Shown here: piece after piece, positions 30,125 through 40,082 of the stretch
Layout of the letters: each line of letters opens with the position of its first letter
How positions within the stretch are numbered: the first letter of the stretch is position 1
From: an uncultured Chloroflexia bacterium
GTDB lineage: Bacteria > Chloroflexota > Limnocylindria > Limnocylindrales > CSP1-4
NCBI GenBank assembly: GCA_963849495.1
Contig: CAWKHN010000022.1
Coordinates: 37,576 to 101,575, forward strand
DNA: 64,000 bases
Direction of reading: 5' to 3'
The notes under the pieces: model-generated
What the model saw: only the letters and a program-made list of their open reading frames with translations
The model's database searches: none
What the model was told of the DNA's origin: nothing
Translations under genes and position numbers: made by a program

Positions 30125-30819
30125 CCGCGGGCGGACCGATCCTGGTCGTGGACACGGCGACGACGCGGGCGGTCATCGCGCTGGGCTCGCCCGGGGGCGC
30201 GCTGCTCGAGGGACGGAGCTGGGTTGCCGGCTACCGCCACGGTGAGGAGCTGCTGGCCGGGATCGAGGCCCTGCTGCGCGACCATCACCTGGCTCCCGGG
30301 GACCTGGGCGGCCTCATCGCCGGGACGGGCCCCGGCGCCTTCACCGGGCTGCGCGTCGGGCTGGCCACGATCAAGGGTCTCGGTCATGCGCTCGCCCTGC
30401 CGGTCGTCGGCATCGCCACCAGCGGGGCACTGATCGAGGCCGCCGCGGCGGCGACGGGAGACCGAGCCGCTGCCATGGTGCTGCTGCAGCCGGCCGGCCC
30501 GTCGGACCGGGTGGTGTCGCGGGCCGGTGTGCCGTCGCGGATCCTGCCCGGCGGCTCGGAGCAGGAGCTCGACGCCGGCAGCCTCCTGGTCGCCGTCGAC
30601 CTCGATGGGCGAGCGCCCGACGACGCCGTCGCCCGCGGCGACGCGGCCCGGGACGGGCTGGCGGCCGCGCTCCTCGCCGCGGGAGCCCCCCGGCTCGCGG
30701 CCGGCGACACCGACGACCTTGCGCGCCTCGTGCCCGAGTACGTGACGCTTCCCCGCGGCGTCCGCGCCGCGCCGCCCGACGGCGGGGTGGCGATGAGCGG
30801 CGGGACCCGGCGGCCATGA
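30121..30819 (+). CDS. tsaB: tRNA t6A37 biosynthesis protein TsaB
   Basis: GTGA overlap with tsaE. Inactive Kae1/YeaZ-like ILVVDTATTRAVIAL start. Confidence 0.8.
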   Translation: MTAGGPILVVDTATTRAVIALGSPGGALLEGRSWVAGYRHGEELLAGIEALLRDHHLAPGDLGGLIAGTGPGAFTGLRVGLATIKGLGHALALPVVGIATSGALIEAAAAATGDRAAAMVLLQPAGPSDRVVSRAGVPSRILPGGSEQELDAGSLLVAVDLDGRAPDDAVARGDAARDGLAAALLAAGAPRLAAGDTDDLARLVPEYVTLPRGVRAAPPDGGVAMSGGTRRP

Positions 30820-31418
30820 CCGCGACCCCCGTGCTCCGCATCCGGCCCATGGCGATCCCGGACCTCGCCGACGTCCAGCGCATCGAGCGCGCAAGCTTCA
30901 CGACGCCGTGGCCGCCGCAGGCATACCGCCAGGAGCTGGAGACGAACCGGCTGGCCCAGTACCTGGTGGCCCAGATCGGCGAGGAGATCGTCGCCTACGG
31001 CGGCATCTGGCTGATGGTGGACGAGGCGCACGTCACGACGTTCGCGGTTCACCCGCGCTACCGCCGGCGCCGGATCGGGGAGCGGCTGCTGCTCGCGCTC
31101 CTCGACCTGTCGCTCGATCGCCACGCGCACGAGGCCACGCTCGAGGTCCGGCTGTCCAACCTCGCCGCGCGGCGCCTGTACGAGAAGTATGGCTTCCGTC
31201 CCGTCGGGATCCGTCCGCGGTACTACACCGACAACGGGGAGGACGCGCTGATCATGACCACCGAGCCCCTCGCGGCGCCCGCGATGCGCGACCGCATCGC
31301 GAGGCTCCGGGCGGCGATCGACGCAGCTCCGCCGCCGGCGCGGGAGGCTGACGCCACGCTCGACGAGGCGATCGGCGGCCCGAACGACGTCGCCGCCGGC
31401 GCCGGGGGGCCTGCGTGA
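30816..31418 (+). CDS. rimI: ribosomal-protein-alanine N-acetyltransferase (GNAT) with C-terminal extension
   Basis: ATGA overlap with tsaB. GNAT motif VHPRYRRRRIGERLL. Position between tsaB and tsaD. Confidence 0.8.
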   Translation: MTATPVLRIRPMAIPDLADVQRIERASFTTPWPPQAYRQELETNRLAQYLVAQIGEEIVAYGGIWLMVDEAHVTTFAVHPRYRRRRIGERLLLALLDLSLDRHAHEATLEVRLSNLAARRLYEKYGFRPVGIRPRYYTDNGEDALIMTTEPLAAPAMRDRIARLRAAIDAAPPPAREADATLDEAIGGPNDVAAGAGGPA

Positions 31419-32479
31419 GCGGGCCGCTCGTCCTCGCCGTGGAGTCGAGCTGCGACGAGACGGCCATCGGGCTGGTCGAGGACGGCCGGCGGATCCACGC
31501 CAACATCGTCGCCAGCCAGATCGCGCTCCACGCGCCGACCGGGGGCATCGTCCCGGAGGTCGCCGCGCGTGCCCACCTGCGCTGGATCGTGCCGGTCCTC
31601 GACGAGGCGCTCGAGACCGCGGGCGTGACACCGCGCGACGTCGACGCCGTCGCCGTCACCTACGGCCCGGGGCTGGCCGGCTCGCTGCTGGTGGGCATCA
31701 ACTTCGCGAAGACGCTCGCCTGGGCCCACGGCAAGCCGCTCGTGCCGGTGAACCACCTCGAGGGCCACGTCTACGCCGGCTGGCTGCTGGACCCGGGCGA
31801 GACGGAACGCGAGGCGCCGCCGTTCCCGCTGGTGGCCCTGGTGGTCTCGGGCGGCCACACGTTCCTCGCCGAGATGCGCGACCACCTGACCTACCGGCTG
31901 CTGGGCCAGACCATCGACGACGCGGCCGGTGAGGCGTTCGACAAGGTCGGACGGTTGCTCGGGCTCGGCTATCCGGGGGGGCCGGCGATCTCGCGGGCCG
32001 CGGAGTCTGCGGTCGCACGGGATCGCGTGTTCCCGCGGGCCTGGCTGGGCGGCTCGTACGACGTGAGCTTCTCGGGGCTCAAGACCGCCGCCCGGCGGAT
32101 CATCGCCCAGGCCCGGGCCGACGAGGGGCTGCCGGCCGACGAGCGGGACGGCGTGCTCCCGGAGGCCGTCGTCGCGGAGCTCGCGTGGGGCTTCCAGGAT
32201 GCCGTCGTGGACGTCCTGGCGCGGAAGACGATCCGGGCGGCCGAGGAGATCGGCGCTCGCGGCATCGTGATCGGGGGCGGCGTCGCCGCGAACCGCGCGC
32301 TGCGCGAGCGGATCGCCGGCGAGGCCGAGGCCCGCGGGCTGGTGATGGTGATCCCGCGACCGGCTCTGTGCACCGACAACGGGGCGATGATCGGTGCCGC
32401 CGGGGCGCGCCGGTATGCGGCGGGCGTCCGGGCCGGTCTGGATCTCGACGCGCGGCCGTCGCTGCCGCTGGCCCGGTGA
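31415..32479 (+). CDS. tsaD: tRNA N6-adenosine threonylcarbamoyltransferase TsaD
   Basis: LVLAVESSCDETAIGLV start, with HLEGH and SGGV motifs. Confidence 0.93.
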   Translation: MSGPLVLAVESSCDETAIGLVEDGRRIHANIVASQIALHAPTGGIVPEVAARAHLRWIVPVLDEALETAGVTPRDVDAVAVTYGPGLAGSLLVGINFAKTLAWAHGKPLVPVNHLEGHVYAGWLLDPGETEREAPPFPLVALVVSGGHTFLAEMRDHLTYRLLGQTIDDAAGEAFDKVGRLLGLGYPGGPAISRAAESAVARDRVFPRAWLGGSYDVSFSGLKTAARRIIAQARADEGLPADERDGVLPEAVVAELAWGFQDAVVDVLARKTIRAAEEIGARGIVIGGGVAANRALRERIAGEAEARGLVMVIPRPALCTDNGAMIGAAGARRYAAGVRAGLDLDARPSLPLAR

Positions 32480-33354
32480 GCGAGCGACGCGCGGGCGATC
32501 TCCGGCTCGATCCGCTGCAGGTGCGGCGGACGCTCCGCGAGGCGGGTCTGCGGGCACGCCACAACCTGAGCCAGAACTTCCTGGCCGACGTCGACGTGCT
32601 CGAGGGGATCCTGCGCGAGGCGGACCCGTCGCCCGGGCGCGGCGTGCTGGAGATCGGCCCCGGGCTGGGGTTCCTCACCGGCGGGCTGCTGGCGGCCGGG
32701 GCGCGGGTGACGGCCGTGGAGCTGGACCGCGGCCTGGTCGCGATCCTCGGCGAGCGGTTCGCGGGCGAGCTCGACAGCGGCGCACTGCGCATCGTCGAGG
32801 GTGACGCGCTCGACCAGGACCTCGTCAACCTCGTGCCGCCGCCCTACGACGTGGTCGCGAACCTGCCATACCACATCACGAGCCCGATCCTGCACCGGCT
32901 GCTGGGCCGGCCGCCGCGCGCCGAGCGACTCGTCCTGATGGTCCAGCGCGAGGTCGCCGAGCGCATCGCCGCCGCCCCCGGCGGCCTGTCCTACCTGTCC
33001 GTGTTCGTCCAGTACCACGCCAGGGCCAGGGTGGCGTTCCGCGTTCCCGGCGAGGCGTTCGAACCGCCGCCGAAGGTTGGCTCCGCGGTGCTGGTCCTCG
33101 AGCCGTACCCGGCCGACGATCGCCTGGATGCCGCGGCCGAGGACCACCTGTGGCGGGTCGTCCAGGCCGGCTTCCGCGAGCGGCGCAAGATGCTCCACAA
33201 CGTCCTGACCCGCCAGCTCCCCATTCCCCCCGAGCGCGTGGATGCGGCCCTCACCGCGGTCGGGATCGACCGCAACCGCCGGCCCCAGACCGTGGCGGTG
33301 GGGGAGTGGCTCGCCCTCGCCGATGCGCTCGGCCCGATCCCGGACGCCCGGTGA
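32476..33354 (+). CDS. rsmA: 16S rRNA (adenine1518/1519-N6)-dimethyltransferase
   Basis: GTGA overlap with tsaD. SAM motif VLEIGPGLGFLT and NLPYHITSPIL. Confidence 0.88.
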   Translation: MSERRAGDLRLDPLQVRRTLREAGLRARHNLSQNFLADVDVLEGILREADPSPGRGVLEIGPGLGFLTGGLLAAGARVTAVELDRGLVAILGERFAGELDSGALRIVEGDALDQDLVNLVPPPYDVVANLPYHITSPILHRLLGRPPRAERLVLMVQREVAERIAAAPGGLSYLSVFVQYHARARVAFRVPGEAFEPPPKVGSAVLVLEPYPADDRLDAAAEDHLWRVVQAGFRERRKMLHNVLTRQLPIPPERVDAALTAVGIDRNRRPQTVAVGEWLALADALGPIPDAR

Positions 33355-34379
33355 GCGACGGGCCGGTCGATCCCGCTCGCCGCCTCGCGCCGGTGATCCG
33401 CCTGGCTCCGGCCAAGGTCAACCTGACGCTGGCGGTGCTCGGCACCCGGCCGGACGGCTACCACGCGCTGCACAGCGTGATGGTCCCCGTGGATCTTACC
33501 GACCGGCTGTCGGTGGCCCCGTTGCCGCCCGGGTCGCCCGACACCCTTCACGTCACCGGGTTCGACCCCGGTCCCGCGGCCGACAACCTCGTGCTCCGCG
33601 CGATCGCCGCGGCGCGGGCCGCCGCGCGCCCCGGCTGGGGTCGCCCCGAGCCGCCATTCCCGCTGGCCGCCCGGCTCGAGAAGCGGATCCCCGTGGCGGC
33701 GGGCCTCGCGGGCGGGTCGTCCGATGCGGCCTCCGCCGTCGATGCCGCGCTGGAGGCCTGGGGCGTGGTGCTGGATGCCGACGAGCACCGGCAAATCGCG
33801 GCCGGCCTCGGTTCGGACGTGCCGTTCTTCCTGGCCGGGGGCCCGGCGCTGGTCGAGGGCCGCGGCGAGACCGTGACGCCGCTGGCCTGGCTGCGCGACG
33901 GCGACGACGCCCACGATCGACCGGGGATCCTGCTCGTGACGCCTGCCATCGGCGTCGCCACCCCGGCCGTGTTCCGGGCGTGGGACGCTGGCGCCCGGGC
34001 CGCCGGCGGCGCGGCCCGGCTCGCCTCGCTGCACCTGGCGGAGGAGCTCCGGACGGGGCTGCGGGTTGGGGACCTCCTGGTCCGGTCGTCTGTCCTTGCC
34101 GCCGCCAACGACCTGGTGGTGGCCGCATCGGCCGTCGAGCCTGCGCTCGTGCCGTTCCGGCGGGCTCTGCTCCGGCTCCTCGGCCGGCCGGTCGGCCTGT
34201 CCGGGTCGGGGCCCACGCACTGGGCGCTCTATCCTTCTCATGCCGAGGCATCGGAGGCGGCGGACGGGATCCGCCGCGCCATCGCCGCAGGCGACCTGCC
34301 CAGCCCGGGCCGGGACGAGCCGTTCGTCGTGCCCGCCCGGATCCTCGCCCCGGACCGCCACCCTCGGAGGGAGCCATGA
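33351..34379 (+). CDS. ispE: 4-diphosphocytidyl-2-C-methyl-D-erythritol kinase
   Basis: GTGA overlap with rsmA. GHMP-kinase motifs APAKVNLTLAVLG and IPVAAGLAGGSSDAAS. Confidence 0.85.
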   Translation: MSDGPVDPARRLAPVIRLAPAKVNLTLAVLGTRPDGYHALHSVMVPVDLTDRLSVAPLPPGSPDTLHVTGFDPGPAADNLVLRAIAAARAAARPGWGRPEPPFPLAARLEKRIPVAAGLAGGSSDAASAVDAALEAWGVVLDADEHRQIAAGLGSDVPFFLAGGPALVEGRGETVTPLAWLRDGDDAHDRPGILLVTPAIGVATPAVFRAWDAGARAAGGAARLASLHLAEELRTGLRVGDLLVRSSVLAAANDLVVAASAVEPALVPFRRALLRLLGRPVGLSGSGPTHWALYPSHAEASEAADGIRRAIAAGDLPSPGRDEPFVVPARILAPDRHPRREP

Positions 34380-34762
34380 CCCGACAGCCCATCACCACGG
34401 CCGGTGCGCCGGCCGCCCTCGGTCCCTACAGCCAGGCCATCGACACAGGGGACCTGCTGTTCTGCAGCGGGCAGCTCGGGATGGACCCGGCAACCGGCGA
34501 GCTGGCCGACGGGGTGGAGGCGCAGGCCGACCGGGCGATGCGCAACCTCGTGGCCGTCCTCGACGCCGCCGGGGCGACACTCGCCGACGTCGTGAAGACC
34601 ACGATCTTCCTCGCCGACATGGGGGACTTCGCAGCCGTGAACGCCGTCTACGGGCGGTATGTGCCGGATCCGCCGCCCGCCCGCTCCACGGTCCAGGTGG
34701 CCGCGCTGCCCAAGGCCGGGCGGGTGGAGATCGAGGCGATCGCGCGCCGGTCGGTCCGCTGA
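34376..34762 (+). CDS. ridA: RidA family reactive-enamine deaminase
   Basis: ATGA overlap with ispE. APAALGPYSQAI...CSGQLGMDP...TTIFLADMGDFAAVNAVY is the YjgF/RidA fold. Confidence 0.85.
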   Translation: MTRQPITTAGAPAALGPYSQAIDTGDLLFCSGQLGMDPATGELADGVEAQADRAMRNLVAVLDAAGATLADVVKTTIFLADMGDFAAVNAVYGRYVPDPPPARSTVQVAALPKAGRVEIEAIARRSVR

Positions 34763-34948
34763 CGGCGGGTTGCACGTGCCAGATGCTTCCCCGGCGCCGC
34801 CGTCCCCCGGGCGTTCGGTTGACACCCCGGCGGGACGGCCCGCAGAATCGAGCTCGCCTCACATGACAACCACGCTCTCTCCCTCGGGCGCCGGCGCCGC
34901 CGCTCCACCTGCGGCCGGCGCCGCGCGATCTGCCCGGCGCCCGACCCC

Positions 34949-36460
34949 GTGACTCCAGAAAGTCCCGTGCCGCCCCGGCAACGGACAGTCGCCGTCGTGC
35001 TGGCGGCCGGTCTCGGCACGCGCATGAAGTCGAGCCAGCCGAAGGTCCTGCACCAGGTCTGTGGCCGCCCGATGATCGGCTACGTGCTGGACGCGGCGGT
35101 GGCCGCCACCGCCTCGCGGCCGCTCGTCGTTTACTCGCCGGCCACCGCGGCCGTGCGCGATGCCGTCGTCGCGGTGGCGGACGGAGCGCTCCAGGACGAG
35201 CCGCGCGGAACCGGCGACGCGCTGCGGGCTGCCCTGGCCGCCCTTCCCGACGACCTAGAGGAGGTTCTGGTGCTGTCGGGCGACGTGCCGCTCGTGCGGC
35301 CGGAGCTGCTGGCCGCGCTCCTCGAGGCCCGTGCGCTCGACCATGCCGCGATCTCCCTGGTCGCCGTGGATGCGATCGATCCCACCGGCCTGGGCCGCGT
35401 CGTCCGCAACGACGGTGGGACCGTCGAACGGATCGTGGAGGACAAGGACGCGTCGGACGAGGAGCTCCAGATCGGGGAGATCAACGCCGGCCTCTACGCC
35501 CTCGACGCCGCCTGGCTGCGCCGCCGGATCGGCGACCTCCGCCCGTCACCGTCGACCGGTGAGCTGTATCTGACCGACCTCGTCGCGTTCGCCCGCGAGG
35601 ATGGCCGGATCGTGGCCGCCCTCGAGGTCGAGGACGACGGGCGCCTGACCGGCATCAACGACCGGGCGCAGCTCGCGCGGGCCGAGTGGGACATGCGGGT
35701 GGAGCTCAACGACCGCTGGATGCGGGCGGGGGTCACGATGCTGGACCCCTCGACGGTGTACCTCGATCATGCCGTGGAGCTCGCGCAGGACGTGGTCCTG
35801 GAGCCCAACGTGACCCTGCGCGGACCGACGCGGGTGGGCGAGCGGACCAGGATCGCGACCGGGTCGCAGATCGTGGACTCGGAGATCGGCGCGGACTGCG
35901 TCATCTGGGCCAGCGTCATCGAGCGGTCGCGGGTCGAGGACGAGGTGACCGTCGGCCCCTTCTCGCACCTGCGCCCGGGATCCCACGTCGGACGGCGTTC
36001 CCAGATCGGCAACTTCGCCGAGATCAAGAACAGCCGGCTGGGCGAGCACGTGCGCCAGCACCACATGAGCTACCTCGGCGACGCGGACGTGGGGGTCGAC
36101 ACCAACGTCGGTGCGGGCACGATCACCGCGAACTACGACGGGGTCCGCAAGCACCGGACCACGATCGGCAAGGGCGTGTTCCTGGGCGTGGACACGATGC
36201 TCCGCGCGCCCGTGACACTGGGCGACGGCGCGAAGACGGGCGCCGGCGCCGTGGTCACCAGGGACGTCCCGCCGGGCAAGCTCGCCGTGGGCGTCCCGGC
36301 GCGGATCCGCGAGCCTCGCCCGCTCCTGCCGGATGACGGCCAGCCGCGGACCGGCGGCGAGCCGGCGGCCCAGCGGGAGCGGGCGGCCGGCCCCGCAGAC
36401 GCGGCCGGCGGGCAGGACCCGGCCGGCAGCGACAACCCGGCAGGGGATGGGGACGCGTGA
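34949..36460 (+). CDS. glmU: bifunctional UDP-GlcNAc pyrophosphorylase / GlcN-1-P acetyltransferase
   Basis: VVLAAGLGTRMKS nucleotidyltransferase motif. C-terminal left-handed beta-helix hexapeptide repeats. Pro/Ala-rich tail. Confidence 0.9.
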   Translation: MTPESPVPPRQRTVAVVLAAGLGTRMKSSQPKVLHQVCGRPMIGYVLDAAVAATASRPLVVYSPATAAVRDAVVAVADGALQDEPRGTGDALRAALAALPDDLEEVLVLSGDVPLVRPELLAALLEARALDHAAISLVAVDAIDPTGLGRVVRNDGGTVERIVEDKDASDEELQIGEINAGLYALDAAWLRRRIGDLRPSPSTGELYLTDLVAFAREDGRIVAALEVEDDGRLTGINDRAQLARAEWDMRVELNDRWMRAGVTMLDPSTVYLDHAVELAQDVVLEPNVTLRGPTRVGERTRIATGSQIVDSEIGADCVIWASVIERSRVEDEVTVGPFSHLRPGSHVGRRSQIGNFAEIKNSRLGEHVRQHHMSYLGDADVGVDTNVGAGTITANYDGVRKHRTTIGKGVFLGVDTMLRAPVTLGDGAKTGAGAVVTRDVPPGKLAVGVPARIREPRPLLPDDGQPRTGGEPAAQRERAAGPADAAGGQDPAGSDNPAGDGDA

Positions 36461-37794
36461 GCCTGCCGATCGGCGAGATCCTGTTCCTGGTCCTCCTGAC
36501 ACTTCTCGAGGCGTTCTTCGTCGCGGCCGAGATCGCCCTTGTCTCGATCCGCCGGAGCCGCGTGGAGCAGCTGGTCGAGGAGGGCGAGCCCGGGGCGCGC
36601 CGGGTGCGGCGCCTGCTCGAGGATCCGGGCCGCTTCCTGGCGGTCGGCCAGCTGGGCCTGACGTTCATCGGGTTCCTGGCCTCGGCGTTCGCCGCCGTGA
36701 GCCTGAGCCAGCGCCTGTCGGACACGCTCGTGTCGGCCGGCATGGACACGGGCACGGCGGACGGCGTGTCGCTCCTGGTCGTGACCGTGATCCTGGCCCT
36801 GTTCACGATCGTGTTCGCGGAGCTGGTGCCCAAGTCGCTTGCGCTGGCGCACCCCGAGCGCTTTGCGCTGGTGCTGTCCGGACCGCTCGACCTGCTGGGC
36901 AGCCTCCTGGCGCCCGTGGTCGCCATGCTCACCGGGCTCACCCGCGCGATTGCCCGGCCGCTCGGCGCGGACGTGAACGCCGAGGCCCAGATCACCGCGC
37001 AGGAGCTGCGGCTGATCGTGGAGCGCGGCGGCGAGCAGGGCATCCTCGAGGCCGAGGAGGAGCAGATGATCAACGCGGTCATCGAGCTCGGCGACAGGCG
37101 CCTCCACGAGGTGATGGTGCCGCGGATCGCGATCGCCGCCCTGCCCGCGTCGGCCTCGTTCGAGGAGGCGATCGACGAGGTCATCGCGGAGGGGCACTCG
37201 CGGGTGCCCGTGTACCAGGCGTCCATGGACGAGGTCATCGGCATCCTCTACGCGAAGGACCTGCTGCCGTTTCTCAAGGCCGGCTCCGGGGAGCGGCCGA
37301 CCCTGCGCACGCTGCTCCGCACGCCGGTCTTCGTGCCCGAGTCGATGACCATCGATGACCTGCTCCACGAGTTCCAGCGCCGCAAGGTGCACATCGCGAT
37401 CGTGCTCGACGAGTACGGCGGCACGGCGGGGCTGGTGACGATCGAGGACCTGCTCGAGGAGATCGTGGGCGAGATCCAGGACGAGTACGACGTCGAGGAG
37501 CCGCTCATCGAGCGCCTGGACGATGACCGGGCCCGGATCGATGGACGCGCCTCGGTCGATGACCTCCTGGATATCTTCGACCTGAGGCTGCAGCTCGAGG
37601 ACGAGGACGAGTACGACACGGTCGGCGGTCTCGTCTACCACCGGATCGGCGGTGTCCCCGTGCCCGGCGACGAGATCCAGGTGGACGGGCTCCGGCTGAC
37701 GGTCGAGACGACGGACGGGCGCCGCGTCGGCAAGGTGATGGTCATCCGCGAGCACGACGCCGACGGAGACTCCCAGGACGACCGCGAGGGATAG
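36457..37794 (+). CDS. DUF21-CBS-CorC/HlyC family membrane protein (TlyC/CorC-like)
   Basis: GTG overlaps the glmU stop. N-terminal DUF21 TM region, CBS pair and C-terminal CorC_HlyC transporter-associated domain. Confidence 0.8.
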   Translation: MSLPIGEILFLVLLTLLEAFFVAAEIALVSIRRSRVEQLVEEGEPGARRVRRLLEDPGRFLAVGQLGLTFIGFLASAFAAVSLSQRLSDTLVSAGMDTGTADGVSLLVVTVILALFTIVFAELVPKSLALAHPERFALVLSGPLDLLGSLLAPVVAMLTGLTRAIARPLGADVNAEAQITAQELRLIVERGGEQGILEAEEEQMINAVIELGDRRLHEVMVPRIAIAALPASASFEEAIDEVIAEGHSRVPVYQASMDEVIGILYAKDLLPFLKAGSGERPTLRTLLRTPVFVPESMTIDDLLHEFQRRKVHIAIVLDEYGGTAGLVTIEDLLEEIVGEIQDEYDVEEPLIERLDDDRARIDGRASVDDLLDIFDLRLQLEDEDEYDTVGGLVYHRIGGVPVPGDEIQVDGLRLTVETTDGRRVGKVMVIREHDADGDSQDDREG

Positions 37795-37815
37795 CCGCCG
37801 GCGGGCGGCCGGCGG

Positions 37816-38838
37816 CTACGCGCTGATGACCGAGACGATGATCTGGTTCAGCTTGTCCCGCGCGGCGGACTCGACCACGTCGAGACCGCGCAGCTCGTCG
37901 ATCGCCTCGTCCCGGTAGCGGCGGGCCTCGGACCGCGTGAACTCCTGCGCCCCCGAGCGCTCCAGGATGGCCACGATCTCGGCCACGTCGTCCGGGGACG
38001 GGTCGGCGGTTCCGTACAGCCGGGACAGGCGGTCACGATCGGCCGGGGTGGCGTGCTCGAACGCGTACAGCACCGGCAGCGTCTTCTTGTGGCGGGCCAC
38101 GTCGGTGGGCTCCTTGCCGGTCGTGCGCTCCAGGCCCCAGATCCCCAGCACGTCATCGTTGAGCTGGAAGGCGAGGCCGAGCGCCCAGCCGAACCGGCGA
38201 TAGCTGGCGATGACGTTCTCGTCGTCGGTGGCAAGGAGCGCCCCGGCCTCGATCGAGGCCGAGATCAGCGCGGCCGTCTTGCGACCGATCATGTCGAAGT
38301 ACAGCTCGACCGTCATCGGCTCGTCCGTCGCCGACGAGGCGATGTCGATGTACTGGCCCTCGCACAGCATCACGCACGTCTCGTCGTACAGGCGCATCAG
38401 CCGCAGGACCTTGGCGTCGCTGAAGCCGAGGTCCGACAGGCGGTGGAGGGCAACGCGGGACAGGCTGAAGATGAGGTCGCCGGTGTTGATCGCCTGGGGT
38501 ACGCCGTGGAGCGACCAGAGCGTCGCCCGGTGGCGCCGCTCCACGTCACCGTCCTCGATGTCGTCGTGGACGAGGCTGAAGTTGTGGCCCAACTCCACGG
38601 CCGCGGCCCCGGGCAGGGCGGCGGCGTGGTCGCCGGCGATCGAGGCGTACGCGAGGAGGCCGAGCAGCGGGCGCATCCGCTTGCCGCGCGGGCCGTCCGA
38701 CCCGTCGAGCCCGAGGTGGTAGCGGATCATCTCGTACACGCCGGCGGTGGACGGGCCGTGGTCGCGGACGACGCGCAGGATCTCCGACTCCGTATCGGCG
38801 AGCAGCAGCGACAGATCGAGGTCGTTCAGGACGGTCAT
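37816..38838 (-). CDS. polyprenyl diphosphate synthase (trans-isoprenyl diphosphate synthase family)
   Basis: The internal ATG (MTVLNDL) of the longer track ORF gives a 340-aa protein. It has FARM LVHDDIEDGD and SARM FQLNDDVLG motifs. Confidence 0.85.
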   Translation of the reverse strand: MTVLNDLDLSLLLADTESEILRVVRDHGPSTAGVYEMIRYHLGLDGSDGPRGKRMRPLLGLLAYASIAGDHAAALPGAAAVELGHNFSLVHDDIEDGDVERRHRATLWSLHGVPQAINTGDLIFSLSRVALHRLSDLGFSDAKVLRLMRLYDETCVMLCEGQYIDIASSATDEPMTVELYFDMIGRKTAALISASIEAGALLATDDENVIASYRRFGWALGLAFQLNDDVLGIWGLERTTGKEPTDVARHKKTLPVLYAFEHATPADRDRLSRLYGTADPSPDDVAEIVAILERSGAQEFTRSEARRYRDEAIDELRGLDVVESAARDKLNQIIVSVISA

Positions 38839-38959
38839 GTCAGGTGAAGTGTAGCGGCTTCCCCATGCAAACGTGTTCGCCTTAGGTAGCCTGTTGGCTG
38901 GCCCGCAGAGTGCGCCGCCCGCTCGACCGGACCGCCTCCGCCCACTATCCTCTCGCCTC

Positions 38960-39295
38960 GTGTACGCCAACCTGGCCCTCCGGTTCCTGCTCGAGCTGGC
39001 CGGGATCGGCGCGCTCGCGTACTGGGGGTGGCAGGCGGCCGAGCCGCCGGCCGGGCTCGTGGTGGCGCTGGGTGCACCCGTTGCGCTCGTCGTGGCATGG
39101 GCCTTCGTGGTCGCGCCGAAGGCGCGCAACCGCATCCCGCAGACCGGCCGGATGCTGGTGGGGACCGGGCTGCTCCTCGTTGCCGCGGGCTCGCTGGGGT
39201 TCGCCGGGCAGCCCGTCATCGGCGTCGCGCTCGCGATCGCCATCGTGGGCAACGCGGCCGTGCTGCTCAGGCCAGGCATGAGGGGAGAGGCGTAG
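38960..39295 (+). CDS. small membrane protein (YrdB/DUF2568-like)
   Basis: Candidate GTG start VYANLALRFLLELAGIGALAYWGW. Three predicted TM helices. Start is uncertain. Confidence 0.4.
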   Translation: MYANLALRFLLELAGIGALAYWGWQAAEPPAGLVVALGAPVALVVAWAFVVAPKARNRIPQTGRMLVGTGLLLVAAGSLGFAGQPVIGVALAIAIVGNAAVLLRPGMRGEA

Positions 39296-39299
39296 GCCC

Positions 39300-40022
39300 G
39301 TGGAGATCGCATCCCGGATCCGGCGCGTCGGCGGCGACAGCATCGTCAACGCGTACCTGGTCGAGGACGGCGGAGAGATCACGATCGTCGATGCCGGCGC
39401 GCCCGGCATGTGGGGGATGCTCCCGGCCGAGCTTGCCGCGATGGGTCGCTCGCCGGCCGATGTCCGCGCGATCGTGCTGACGCACGGACACAGCGACCAC
39501 ATCGGGTTCGCCGAGCGGGGCCGCGTGGAACGGGGCTGGCCCGTGTGGGTCCACGAGACGGATGCCGCGCTTGCGCGCGGTGAGGTGGGCAACCCCGCGA
39601 AGGGCAGCGCGACGCGGATGGGGCCGATGCTCGGCTTTCTGTGGTGGTCGCTGCGTCATGGGCTGCTCCGAGTCCGGCACCTGGGCGAGGTTGCGACCTA
39701 CGGTGACGGCGCCACCCTCGATCTTCCGGGGGCGCCGCGGGTGCTGCTCGTGCCCGGTCACACGCCCGGCAGCGCGGCGCTCCACTTCGCCGGTCACGAC
39801 GCCGTGATGGTCGGGGATGCGCTGTGCACGTACGCGGTTACCACCGGCCGCACGGGGCCCCAGGTCGCGCCGTTCTCGGCGGACTACGAGCAGGCCCGGG
39901 CGTCGCTCACGCGGCTCGACGCGGTGGCCGCGCGCCTGGTCCTGCCGGGTCACGGGGATGCCTTCGATGGTGGTGCGAGCGAGGCCGTGCGCCTCGCACA
40001 GGCAGCGCCGCTGCCCGGCTGA
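39300..40022 (+). CDS. MBL-fold metallo-hydrolase
   Basis: VLTHGHSDHIGF is the HxHxDH motif. Confidence 0.75.
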   Translation: MEIASRIRRVGGDSIVNAYLVEDGGEITIVDAGAPGMWGMLPAELAAMGRSPADVRAIVLTHGHSDHIGFAERGRVERGWPVWVHETDAALARGEVGNPAKGSATRMGPMLGFLWWSLRHGLLRVRHLGEVATYGDGATLDLPGAPRVLLVPGHTPGSAALHFAGHDAVMVGDALCTYAVTTGRTGPQVAPFSADYEQARASLTRLDAVAARLVLPGHGDAFDGGASEAVRLAQAAPLPG

Positions 40023-40082
40023 CCGTCGGCCGCCCGCTGCCCGGGCCACCGGGCACGGCCCCCGGGGTGGTACCGTCGGCTC

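Noticed and set aside
36133-37755. 540-aa minus ORF antisense to the CorC/CBS gene; similar antisense ORFs at 39267..41441, 42593..44131, 49356..51287 and 50696..52267
   Set aside because: These are antisense to strongly conserved genes (recO, glyQS, ppdK, etc.), with low-complexity translations and no motifs.
38873-38959. Upstream extension of the DUF2568-like ORF (track start 38873)
   Set aside because: The N-terminal 29 aa (MFALGSLLAGPQSAPPARPDRLRPLSSRL) are not membrane-like, and the conserved family start matches the GTG at 38960. It is kept as uncertain.
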